64,000 bases of DNA, from contig OX597824.1 in the NCBI GenBank assembly GCA_951406725.2, positions 14,632,001-14,696,000 on the forward strand, written 5' to 3'. The position numbers and the translations under genes were made by a program. This stretch comes from Octopus vulgaris. Its lineage: Eukaryota. Below, piece after piece: positions 39,235 to 51,505 of the stretch; the first letter of the stretch is position 1; each line of letters starts with the position of its first letter. Below the pieces are notes generated by a model that was given only the letters and a program-made list of their open reading frames with translations, was not told the origin of the DNA and searched no databases.

Positions 39235-40312
39235 CCCTTTCGTTACCAAACCGCCCAAAGCCGCCCGAACAAAATTTTGGTTTATGAAACCAAACCGCCC
39301 AAAGCTGCCCGAATTTACCTATTCATATTTAAATGAGAATATCAGAGCAAATCTCTTCAGTACATTCGTGAAAACACGTATTATACTTCGTAAACAGTTC
39401 AACTACAGTTTTGTACAATAATCGAAGTGTAATTTTAATTCCGTGAATTTTGGGAGATTTTTTTCCGAAATTTGTTCCTATTGTGTTTTCAAAATTTGTA
39501 ATTCTGACAAAAAATGGATACGAATATCAAGCAGCGAGTCAGAATTCGAAGGATTTTCTACTGAAGACCTTCATAAATCTAACTCTATGACTGAAAAAAA
39601 AAAGCATGTGGTATTTGATAATGAATCTGATGTTTCATTTTCCGAAAGTGAAAACAGTGAATCTGAGATCTCCGATAGCGATAAAGAAAACGAATTGGCA
39701 CCTGAATGGAGTGAAAATTTAAAAACTGTTTCTTTCGGTGATTTCTCTGAAGAAACTGGAGCAAGCCACAGACTTTCCCAGAAGAGTAAAGCCTTAGACT
39801 ATTTCTTTTTACTTTTTCGAATGAGCCTATTTGAAATCATTACAGCAGAGACGAACCGTTACGCTAAACGTAAATAAAGCAAAAGAAATGATAGTTTGTG
39901 GTTTCCCTCAACCTTAAATGAAATTAAGACTATTTTGCCGTAAATATTATTATGGGTATCAGAAAGTTACCCAGAATAACAAATTCTATCGTAAAATTTT
40001 GTTATATACCCAATTGAATATTAGCTAATAACCCATTTTCTATAGCGATGTTTGAACAAAATTTTAATAATTTTATATTTTGTGGAATTTACCTGTATCT
40101 ACCTGCAATTAGAGTCACTTTGTAACAAAAATTATAGTATAGAATTGGTTGAGAATATTTCATTAAATTATCTTCCAAAAATCAGATTGATATATCGATA
40201 AATAAAAAAGTTATAGTTGTTTAATGAAACCAGACTAAATTTATGATTACGTTAGAAATTAATTGAAACACATAAGGGGTGTAATTTGGTCAGAAATATA
40301 GTAACGAAAGGG
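39235..40312 (+). mobile_element. Internally deleted piggyBac element
   Basis: TTAA duplication (39231-34, 40313-16); TIR ccctttcgttac/gtaacgaaaggg; acidic N-terminus and ALDYFFLLF...IITAETNRYA transposase fragment; empty site visible at about 50057 in the paralogous segment. Confidence 0.93.
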
Positions 40313-40417
40313 TTAATACGCAGAAGATGACCATTCAAACTATGAAACTTTTTTTTTTAAATTCAAGCTGAAGGATATATAGGTAATCTTAAAAAAAGAC
40401 AAAGTGTATTTATTATA

Positions 40418-40807
40418 GGCGTAGGAGTGGCTGTGTGGTAAGTAGCTTGCTTACCAACCACATGGTTCCAGTTTCAGTTCCACTGCGTGGCACCTTGGGC
40501 AAGTGTCTTCTACTATAGCCTCAGGCCGACCAAAGACTTGTGAGTGGATTTGGTAGAGGGAAACTGAAAGAAGCCCATCGTATTTATGTATATATATATA
40601 TGTTAAACCATGATGATGATGATGTTTGTGTGTCTGTCCCCTAACATCACTTGACAAACGATGCTGGTGTGTTTACGTCCCCGTCACTTAGCGGTTTGGT
40701 AAAAGAGACTGATAAAATATGTACTAGGCTTACAAAGTCCTGGGGTCGATTTGCTCGACCAAAGACGGTGCTCCAGCATGGCCTCAGTCAATTGACTGAA
40801 ACAAGTT
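40418..40807 (+). mobile_element. Family A SINE, full length
   Basis: Same structure; absent from the paralogous segment near 50170. Confidence 0.92.
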
Positions 40808-41339
40808 TAAAGTCTATTTATTTAAAATTATATTAATAATAGGATGGTAATTAATGAAGAGATGACGACGCTTCTTTATTCGATTACCCCCAGCTCATTG
40901 GTCAGCAAGGTAAACAGCATGCCTTAATGACCGCTCGAGAGTAGAGTAATGATGTTAGAGGTGGTGATACGGAGTCATTCATAAAGGCGGCGAGCTGGCA
41001 GAACCATTAAGCACGCTGGGCGAAATGCGTAGCCATATTTCGTCTGCCGTTACGTTCTGAGTTCAAATTCCGCCGAGGTCAACTTTGCCTTTCATCCTTT
41101 CGGGGTCGATAAATTAACTACCATTTACACACTGGGGTTGATGTAATCGACTTAATCCGTTTGTCCCCTCTATGTTTAGCCCCTCGTGGGTAATAAAGAA
41201 ACAGATATGGAGTCATTTTATGTGCGTGCACACATGCTTTCACCAACCTCCCAAGGATGGAAGGCAAAGTAAACCTCAGTTGTATTTGAACTAAGAATGT
41301 AAAGCCAGAAGAAATACGGCAAGACATATTTTGTCTGCT

Positions 41340-41722
41340 CGCCTGGCCCCCGTGCCGGTGACACGTAAAAGCACCATCCGTTCGTGGCCGTTTGCCAGCT
41401 CTGTCTGGCCCCGTGTCGGTGACACGTAAAAGCACCATCCGTTCGTGTCCGTTGCCAGCATCGCCTGGCCCCGTGCCGGTGACACGTAAAAGCACCGTCC
41501 GTTCGTGGCCGTTTGCCAGCTCTGTCTGGCACCTGTGCAGGTGGCACGTAAAAAGCACCCACTACACTCACGGAGTGGTTGGTGTTAGGAAGGGCATCCA
41601 GCCGTAGAAACACTGCCAGATCTGACTGGGCCTGATGAAGCCTCCTGGCTTCACAGACCCCAGTTGAACCGTCCAACCCATGCTAGCATGGAAAGCGGAT
41701 GCTAAATGATGATGATGATGAT
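41340..41722 (+). mobile_element. Family B retroposon with four about 60-bp units
   Basis: ccgtgccggtgacacgtaaaagcacc at about 41350, 41410, 41470 and 41535. Confidence 0.9.
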
Positions 41723-41828
41723 TCTAATGATTCCGCCACGTTGCCACCATTTAGGAACTAGAAATTATGCCATTTCTAAGGTAGAAGGAGAGGTTAGATG
41801 GTAAGGCAACTAATGTCACACACATATT

Positions 41829-42252
41829 AAATCAAAAATCAAATTCAATGACTGGCGTCCGTGCTAGCATGGTGCAAAGAGCACCAGACGAGTGCGATCA
41901 TTGGAGAGCGGCTAACCAGCTTCCGTGCCAGTGGCACATAAAAGGCACCATTCGAGCGTGATCGTTACCAGCATCACCTTATTGGCACTCGAGCCCCATG
42001 CTAGTAGGGTGCCAAGAGCACCATCCGAGCGTGATCGTTGCCAGAGCAGCTATCTGGCCTCCGTACCGGTGGCACGTAAAAGCACCCACTACACTCTCAG
42101 AGTGGTTGGCGTTAGGAAGGGCATCCAGCAGTAGAAACTCTGCCAGATCAAGATTGGAGCCTGGTGGAGCCATCTGGTTCACCAGCCCTCAGTCATTCAT
42201 CCAACCCATGCTAGCATGGAAAGCGGACGTTAAACGATGATGATGATGATGA
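41829..42252 (+). mobile_element. Family B retroposon, second subfamily
   Basis: Units with gagcgtgatcgttgccag spacers; same 3' block and tail. Confidence 0.85.
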
Positions 42253-42315
42253 CTATTAAGGCAGTCAAGAATTAGAATAGCTTATAATTCATACATTGCT
42301 TGTATTAACTTGATT

Positions 42316-42840
42316 CATCATCATCATCGGTCAACATCCGTTTTCCAAGCTGGCATGGGTTGGATGGTTTGACACGGAGCTGGCCAGCTGGGAGCTGTCC
42401 CACCTCCAATTGCTTGTTGTCACATGGTTTTTACAGTTGGATGCTCTTCCTAACGCCAACCACTTTACAGAGTGTGCCGGGTGCTTTTAACATGCCACCA
42501 GTAGAGGCGTGTCTATGTAGCACTGGCACGGGTGCCTCTTGAGTGGCACCGGCACCTGAAAGGACAAGCTTGTATATGTGGAAGACAGTGATTTTACTTA
42601 GCTTGACGCACCTTCTGTATTCAGTGTCCGAAGATCCTTCCTCACCACCTCGTCCCATTTCTTCCTAGGTCTACCCCTTCCACATGTACCCTCCACAATT
42701 AGAGCTCGGCACTTCTTTATGCTGCCGTCCTCATCCATACACATCACATGACCAAACCAGCGCAGTCTTCTCTATTGCACACAACATCTGATGCGTCTTA
42801 TACCCAGTTTTCCTTAGTTGTGCATACACACTGGCATATC
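42316..42840 (-). mobile_element. RTE LINE 3' end: ORF2 C-terminus joined to the family-B 3' UTR
   Basis: RRLRWFGHVMCMDEDGSIKKCRALIVEGTCGRGRPRKKWDEVVRKDL, followed on the same strand by the family-B repeat unit, V-domain-like block and (gat)n tail. Confidence 0.85.
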
Positions 42841-42907
42841 AGTTCTTCAAAGACATTGATTAGTACATAATAAAACAGGGTGCTCCGAAGGTTTCGTTAC
42901 CCCCTAT

Positions 42908-43200
42908 ATCATCATCATCGTTTAACGTCCATTTTCCGTACTAGCACGGGTTGGATGGTTCGACCGGGGTCTGGGAAGCCAGGTGGCTGCACCAGGCTCC
43001 AGTCTGATCTGGCAGTGTTTCTACAGCTGGATGCCCTTCCTAATGCCAACCACTCCGTGAGTGCTTTTTACGTGCCAGGGGAGGCTGGCAGTGGCCACGA
43101 TCGGTTGGTGCTTTTTACGTGCCACCGGCTCAAAAGCCACATAAGGCGGCGCTGGCATCGGCCACATTCGGATGGTGCTTTTTACGTGCCACCGGCACAG
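42908..43200 (-). mobile_element. Family B retroposon
   Basis: Tail, V-like block, three units. Confidence 0.88.
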
Positions 43201-43269
43201 ATATTGTTTATTATTGTCATTATCATCATTTTTTGTTTTAGTACAACCACCCCTGCCCTCATGTAATGA

Positions 43270-44311
43270 TTTAGGCCACCATATTGAGTAAGCATCTGAT
43301 AGGAGCCTACTTCTTTGAGGGCACTGTTAACCAGCAATCTTACTTGGCCATGTTAAGGGAGTAGTTTGTTCCACAGCTCCAGAGATTGAATGTTGACCTG
43401 AATGATTGTTGGTTTCAACAAGATGGTGCCCCACCCCACAAAGCTATCACTGTCCAGGAATACTAAATGAAGTTTTTCAGGATAGATGGATAGGGTGGGG
43501 ATTGAAATAACTTCCAGCACCTGTTGATTGCCACCCACCACCACCAGAAGTCCAGGCGTCATATCTTGTGATAACGCTCTGTGGAGTATTATCAAGGAGA
43601 GAGTTTCACATGAATGATACCAGAATACCCATCTGTTGAAGGACACTAGAGATCCTTTGCAACAATCACCAAAGCACAGTTTTGAAAAATATCACACACG
43701 GGATGCCACCGCATCATTTTGTGCCACGAAAATGATGGTGCTCATACAGACCTTCTCGATGTGTGACAGCATCAATGAAAGGGAATAAACTAAATCCAAT
43801 TCATGCTTTGTGTTACTGCAATACTTGTTGTTCGGATCTTTTCGGTTTGAACGGCAGTTTTTAACATAATTTCTAGGTAACTAAAAAATTTTAAACTTCG
43901 TATACTGGTAGAATGTGTTTATAAAACATCTTTTTTCTCTTGGCTTTATTGAGAAAATTCTATATTTTGTAAGATATTTGTTGTTTTTTTTTCTTCAATT
44001 TCTGCAATTTCAACCAATCAATGATGTGTATTGAGTTAAAAAACATTCTGTGCCATATGAATATGTCCCTCATTTAAGAAACAGATTAGGTTTATTTACA
44101 TTTGTGAAGAAAAAAAAGATACCCTTCCCCCCACCCCTAACCCTAAACCAGATTGAAATGCAATAGATCGATACTAGGGTCATAATTATGGGTGACAATT
44201 TCATATGACACCGCTAGAAAAAAACTGCCGTTCAAACCGAAAAGATCTTGTTGTTCTATTGTTCTTATTACTTTTTGGTAGAGGGTAACATGACTTTCAG
44301 ACTACCCTGTA
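43270..44311 (+). mobile_element. Old Tc1/mariner-superfamily fragment hosting the MITE
   Basis: WFQQDGAPPH motif at about 43409-43438; terminal-like accctg|ta at about 44303-44311. Confidence 0.5.
43834..44248. mobile_element. MITE with about 30-bp near-perfect TIRs and 8-9-bp TSD (Merlin- or Mutator-like)
   Basis: gatcttttcggtttgaacggcagttttt / aaaaactgccgttcaaaccgaaaagatc; TSD (t)tgttgttc on both sides. Confidence 0.85.
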
Positions 44312-46598
44312 CATGTGACCAAATTTTTTTCAGCAAGGGAATTAAAACTTCTACATGTAAGTAAAATTTATCGCAAACATTAGGAACAAGAGACAAAAAA
44401 ACACGAATACACTCCATTGTGATGTCCTGTAGTTGTTATGTGATATTTTGGGTTCTTGCTAACCCTATAAACACAAAATGAGTATATCTAGAAATTTAGA
44501 AAGGAAAGAAAAATATGGTGGTAGTGAGCATTTCGAAATAGAGAAAAATATATGTAAGAGTCAAATATGTTGAAAGTTCTGTCATCATTTGGTACTTAAA
44601 ATTGACTTATATGCTCACAACTCTTCTTAGCTTTCAAATATACATCCCATACAAATAGTGTTAGTTCAGATAAATGAATCTTTTGCAATCCTCATCTATC
44701 TACAACACGTCTCACTTCACACTCACGTCCCTGAGTGATGCGGATACTCCTAACACCTGCTGATCCCTTTCTCACTTCCAAACCTAACTTCTACCAAACC
44801 AATATCTCCTCTACTCCATAGTTTTAATCCCAATGACTCACCACTGGTGAACTGGCAGAATTGTTAGTGCTTAGAACAGAATACCTTACAGTATTTATTC
44901 TGGGTTTTCTGCACTCTATGTTCAAATCCCATCAAGGTCAACATTGCCCTCCATCCTTTCAGGGTTAAAAAAAAAAATTTTTTTAAAATCAAATGCCAAT
45001 TCAGGACAGAGGATCAGCGAGATTGTTAGAAAGTCAAGAGGCTCAAGTTATTTGTCGAGGCTCTTTGTTTCCAAGTTCTTGGGTGGTAAGGCTTAAATCT
45101 ACCTAAATCTATTACCTGGTTCAATAGCATCAGTTGGTCCTTGGGTGCCTCAAGCAGAGTTCTTTCTCTTTTGCAAGCATTTGGAGTAGGACCAACTTCA
45201 CTACAAGTTAGATAACATCTGTCTAACGTGTAAATGGAAAGAAACAGGAATGGCTGCATGGTTAAGAAGTTTGCTTCCCAGCCATGTGGTCTTGGGTTCA
45301 GCTCCACTGTACTGCACCTTGAGTAAGTATTTTCTACTACTGCCCCTGGCTGACCAAAGCCTTGTGAGTGGATTTGGTAGACGAAAACTGGAAGAAACTT
45401 TGTATGCATGTGTATTCTTGTTTTGATATTACATGATGTAAATGAGCATTGCTGTCACACAAGCGATGTGTGTTGTTTCCAGTCTTCCATGAAAAAAATG
45501 TGCCTGGCTATGGGGAAATTTACCTTGCTTGGTAAGCAGGTGAGGAGTAGCAGAAATAAGGGCACCTGGCTACAGAAAATCTGCCTCAACAAATTCCGTC
45601 TGACCCATGCAAACAATGGAAAAGTGATCATTTAATGATGATGAGACTGGTAGTGCACACTGGTCGACCAAAACCTCTTAAAAGCCACCTATAACATTGA
45701 CAGGTTTAGGGGTCAATAATTAAAAACTCGGGTCTTCTTTGGAGACACTCCAGAAACAGGCAGGCAAATAAGGTTTCAGATTATACCAGTGGTGGTCACA
45801 GGATGTGATAGTAGTCATGGTCTTACCGAACCTGCTACTTTAAATATTACTTTCTGGCACTGGCACAAAGACACTGATGTACTAAACATTGATGGAACTT
45901 AACAACCTGACAATGTCTGACATTGAAGATACTGGTATGCTTAAATGTTGCAAAGAATTGAATTGGAAGAGAATGCACAGCTTTTGTAGTTTAAATCTCA
46001 TTAGCCTCTAAATCATGTTTTTCAAACAATAAATGTTAAGTTACAAAAAGAAAAAAAAATTCTAAACAGGAATTGGCACAGTTAGAGTGTTGGATGGTAG
46101 AATACTTCACGGTATTTACTGCAGCTCTCTGAGTTCAATTCCTGAAGTCAGCTATGCTTTTCATCCTTTCGGAGTCAATGAAATAAAAGTACCAAATCAA
46201 GACAATGGACTGGCAGAACTGTTACAGGATTGGGAAAGATGCTTTGATCCTTTGCATTCTGATAGCAATGCCTGCGGTGATACAGGTGCCAGGCTGTACC
46301 AGTCCAGGTCAGCAGCTTTTCCACTGAATAAACATTGGAAGTGTGGAGAGTACAGAGTTGCATATATGGGCAACTTCTAGTCTTCCTCAGAAAAAAATCT
46401 GGCCCAGGAGGTCTGCACATACATGTGAAAATGCATGAGCAGCATTAACCAGTAGGGACCCTACCTGGTGGTAGCAAGTGAGCATCATTTATTACAGCAG
46501 CACAAAAACAAGACAGATTTCATGTCTGCAGTGACTACAAGGTAGGTATTATCACGATTTGTTCACACTGCTATCCAACTTCTAACATTAAATCTACC

Positions 46599-46831
46599 TA
46601 TTTCTTTACCACCCACAAAGGGCTAAGCACAGAGAGGACAAACAAGGACAGATAAACGGATTAAGTCGATTACATCGACCCCAGTGCGTAACTGGTACTT
46701 AATTTATCGACCCCGAAAGGATGAAAGGCAAAGTCGACCTCGGCGGAATTTGAACTCAGAACATAGCGGCAGATGAAATACAGCTACGCATTTCGCCCGG
46801 CATGCTAATGTCTCTGCCAGCTCACTGCCTT
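46599..46831 (-). mobile_element. Family C SINE
   Basis: Reverse monomer with TSD taacattaaatctacc. Confidence 0.92.
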
Positions 46832-47811
46832 AACATTAAATCTACCTTTCCCTCATTAGCTGTCATGAACTTTTTTTTCTTTTTCTGAAAAATCCAGTCT
46901 CAAAGGTATAACGAGTCCAAAATTACTACTACCATTAACACCATTGTTTTATTGAGATGAATGAACATGGATGCATTTTAGTATAAAGTTGTCCTATTTT
47001 TTAGTATGCGATGGAAAAGACAGAGATTATAAAAAAAAGTAATCTTTAACAGAACTAAAACTGTATATCAAGATAATACTGGATTGCCTGACAGACAAAA
47101 TATGACTAGTCATTCAGAGCAGGGACAGTCCATTTCAAAAGAAAGTCTTTATCAAGTTTTTGACATTTGGTTCAGAAAATATTGGATGTGTTTATCCACC
47201 CTCTAAGAAAAAAGAATTGGAATCTTCTTCAGAATCGGAAAATTTTTATGGTAAATGTTTGCTAAAGTATTCTGCAAAGACCAAACCGTTTGCAAATTTG
47301 AGCAAGAAAAAACATGTTGAATTTGGTGGGACTAAAAATGATGCTGGATGAAGTTTATATCAGGAATTTTATCACAGTATAACCACCCAGTTTTGTATTT
47401 ATCAAGAAAGTAAAGTGCTATTGAGGTTTTAACAATAGTATGAACTACAAAACATGTCTGTCTTTTTCTATCTGGTAGAAAATTTTTGTTTAGATCTGTT
47501 GACAGATGCCTTGAATTTATCTTTAACCCATACAAAGAACTTTGATAACTAATGTGTGAGAATGTTGAGGTGTGCCAAAGATTACAGCATTTGGTTTTTA
47601 TTTACATATGTCAAGAGACACACCACTCCTGATGTTCATGAACTCTCTTAACTATATTTTAGGCCACAACCACAGGATACCAGCTGGCATCATACTGATA
47701 ATTTCATATACTGGATATGAACTGTCAGGTTACATCTTGAAAGAATTACTGTCTGATCCAATACTAAGCAAGCTATTCAACATGAGTAGCTCTTACAAGC
47801 ATGTCTAACGG

Positions 47812-48116
47812 ATTGTTTGTTCCTTCTCGAGCCACGCCTGGCTCATAGGGGCCGGTTTCCTGGTTTCTTTGGCGTATAGGTTCCCCACCTAGACAAGACG
47901 CCGGTCCGTTGTAGGTGAGCTGCAAGATGCAGGATGAAAGAGTGAGAGAAAGTTGTGGCGAAAGAGTCAGCAAAAGTTCACCATTACCATCTGCCGGAGC
48001 CACGTGGAGCCTAGGTGTTTCGCTCATAAACACACAGATCGCGCGGTCTGAGATTCTGACCCACGATCCCTCGACTGAGAGTCCGCTGCTCTAACCACTA
48101 GGCCATGTGCCTCCAC
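47812..48116 (-). mobile_element. Family D SINE
   Basis: Reverse copy of the 14002 element; acggatt duplication. Confidence 0.85.
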
Positions 48117-48852
48117 GGATTAACTCTGGAAAATGATACTCTTTAACTTATGATCTTACTGGTCTGCCTTAAGTATCCAAAAGGCAAATAATCCAGTGTT
48201 CATGATGTCCATTGTGCCATTACTGCTGTACACAATCACCTAAACCTTGAAATATGGTGGCTTGGCTATTCACAAGAAGTCCAGGTGTTACACTGATGTT
48301 CTGAATGTACAGAAACAAAAAGTTTTACAAGCGAACAGACTTTATTCATGGCACTAAAAATTAGAGCCCTGGATTCATTTACATATGGATTATGTCCATG
48401 TTAACAACAACAGATTACACCTTATAGTAAATTCCTTTCCAGAATGGCCAAGTTGTATTCATGTTCCTGATAGAAAAGCTCAACAGCAAAAAGAGAGGCT
48501 TTGTATGTAATTTTCACTCGGAATGAGTGTACTAAAAGGTTTTGGGGTGAAGCAATGTCCCCAAATTTCATTCCTTAGAAAACATCCCCATACCAACTAC
48601 AATTACATGGTACTGCAAAACAAAGGGTTGAAAAAATAGTATTGAAGGCATTCTTCACCCAAAGAGGAATATTTGTTTCATTTCTGCCCCAACTATAGCT
48701 CACTTATCTTTTTTCCCGAGCTAACAGGTTATTAGAACTTTCTGCATTTGAGGGACATTAAATTTGTGCACACATGGCCATGTCCTGTATTATAGAGAGG
48801 AGCAGAAATTATATATATGATTTCTGCGCCTCTCTATAATCATATATATATA

Positions 48853-48893
<41 letters not shown>

Positions 48894-48894
<1 letters not shown>

Positions 48895-49130
48895 AGCACC
48901 ATCCGAATCGTGGCCGATGCCAGTGCCGCCTCACCTGGCACCAGTGCCAGTGGCACGTAAAATGCACCCACTACACTCATGGAGTGGTTGGCGTTAGGAA
49001 GGGCATCCAGCTGTAGAAACATTGCCAGATAAGACTGGAGCCTGGTGCAGCCTTCTGGCTTCCCAGATCCCTGGTCGAACCGTCTAACCCATGCTAGCAT
49101 GGAGAACGGACGTTAAACGATGATGATGAT
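48894..49130 (+). mobile_element. Family B retroposon
   Basis: Inserted in a (ta)n tract; V-like block and tail. Confidence 0.9.
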
Positions 49131-50841
49131 ATATATATATATTCACTCAACACCAGAAATTGTAACCTTTGTCAAACAAGCTATAAACAACACTGCTCCG
49201 ATTACAAGGATTGTGATTAGAAATTTAGCTCGTGCAAACCAAAATCAACATAGGTGTAACTCATGTACACATGAGCCCAGAGATTTAACTTCTAGAACCA
49301 GATATCAAATCTGTTCTTTAAAAAAAAAAAATTTGTTATTTACACACATTCAAAACGAAAGCAAAGGTGATTTCCTTGGTTTGAGAAGTAACCCTCTCTT
49401 CTCTACTCTGCTGGTAGTGACATAGAACAGCAAGATGAAATCCAAAGTGAAAGAGGGTTCTCAAAAGAAATACTCGATCCACCTGCAGTATTAGCCCCCT
49501 CGTGTTTCAAGATGTGACGGAATGGTACTGATGTTTATATAGTGTTGTAGTAGAAATACATAAGTGCTGACTCCTCTTCATACTCCAAGAATATTTCATA
49601 ATTTCATAGATATATATATGTATGTATATCTCGTATGCATACATATCAGAAGGCATGTGACTAGGCAGTCGTCGTGAAGGTAAAAGGACAATTTGATACG
49701 TCATTTAAAGAGATTTTTGACGTAGACCTGATCCATCAGCGTGTGTGTGTGTGTGTGTGTATGCGTGCGTGCGCGCGTTATTTGTTATATAAAGCAAATG
49801 TTCCTGGTTGAGCTGTTTATCGTTTTATCTAAAATCCGTGTCTTCCTCAATTTACTCATAATAATATCCTCAAAGTTCGAACAAGGCCGAGCCTGGAAAT
49901 AGTGAAATGCTAAAAACAATGAATTGAGTAGGTGTGACTCACAAACGTTTACACTAAACGGTTGGCAGAAGGGGTGGTGGTGGTGGGGGGTGAGAAGTCT
50001 GAATGAAAAAAAAACACAAAAAAAAGGACAAATAGTCATAGTAAAAAAAATGTCACCTTAATACACACAAAAGATGACCATTTCCAAACTAACGGAACAT
50101 TTTTTTTTTCTTTTTAAATTTAAGCCAAAGGATATTATATAGGTAATCTTAAAAAAAGAATAAAGTGTATTTATTTATTTAAAATGATATTATTAATAAT
50201 AGGATGGTAATTAATGAAGAGATGACGACGTTTCTTTATTCGATACCCCACCAGTTCATTGGTCTGCAAGGTGTACCAACACAGTACGACTTAATGACTG
50301 TTCGAGAGTAGAGTGTAATGATGATGTTTAGAGGTGGTGATACGGAGTCGCTTTACGTAACCAACACGCTCGCGCGCGCGCACACACACACACACACATA
50401 TACATACACAGAGACAGACAGACAGACCAGTAACAAAGATTTAAGGGGAAGAATGATAATAAACAAGAAACAAACGCAAATGATTTGCTTGCTTATGCCG
50501 TTTTAAAAAGTGGCAGCAATTCCAGTCTTCCTTCCTTCTGGAAGCATCTACATTTCAGAAGACATATTTTGTCAAGGTGATTTCATCATCAAATATTCAT
50601 TATGTATATATACACCACAGGAATGAAAAATGCCAGAAAAACAAATACATATATATATATATGTGTGTGTGTATATGCATAATTATAATATATTCATAAA
50701 ACAGGTGTTACTTCCCCTCCCCCATATATTATACTAGAAAGATCGACTATTTTGTGTTTACAAATGTAAGAAAAAGTAACACAATACACTTTAAAAACAA
50801 GTTTGAGCTTTTCCCTTCTCATTGCCAACGAAAGTGACTAT

Positions 50842-50900
<59 letters not shown>

Positions 50901-51464
50901 ATCCAGCAGCTAAGTGAGTAAGGAGAAAAATATGGGGAAAGTGGTGGATATACTCAAAAATGGAGATAGTAAGTCAACACAATAGTAAAATAGTCCGACA
51001 ATCGTCAGCTAAAAGTAAGATTTTTTAATTAATTTTTAATTATTAAAAAGAAGACTAAGTGAACAAAGAACTCCGCCGAGACTCCATAAGACCATCTACA
51101 ATGGACCAATGTTTTTTGGGGGGCTGAATTGAGCAGAAAACAGCCATCCCAACCAACATCATAAACCTGACGAAGTAAATTTTGTAAAGGTAAATCAGTA
51201 GCGAAGAGTACCGCAGTAATGGTAGAGGTCAACATACAGCCCTGACCACACACACAGACATACATACACGTACATTTGCACGAATAGACACACACACACA
51301 CACACAGACAGAGACACACATCAACATGCACATACAACACAGACATCGATATATTTCAGTAATTGAGGGGAGACATCGTATTATTATTATTATATACACA
51401 AATCAATTGCACATCGACGACTACAACAACATAAATAAATGTACAGGGCAATGCATACATCAGC

Positions 51465-51505
<41 letters not shown>

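Larger units (their letters stand above)
38020..50380. repeat. Old intronic tandem duplication (copy 1 about 38020-41235; copy 2 about 41735-50380)
   Basis: 38020-38280 aligns to 41735-42450; 38285-41235 (minus insertions) aligns to 49450-50380. Confidence 0.85.

Noticed and set aside
41340-41560. True CRISPR array in family B
   Set aside because: Spacers are homologous to each other and recur across copies; eukaryotic retroposon context.
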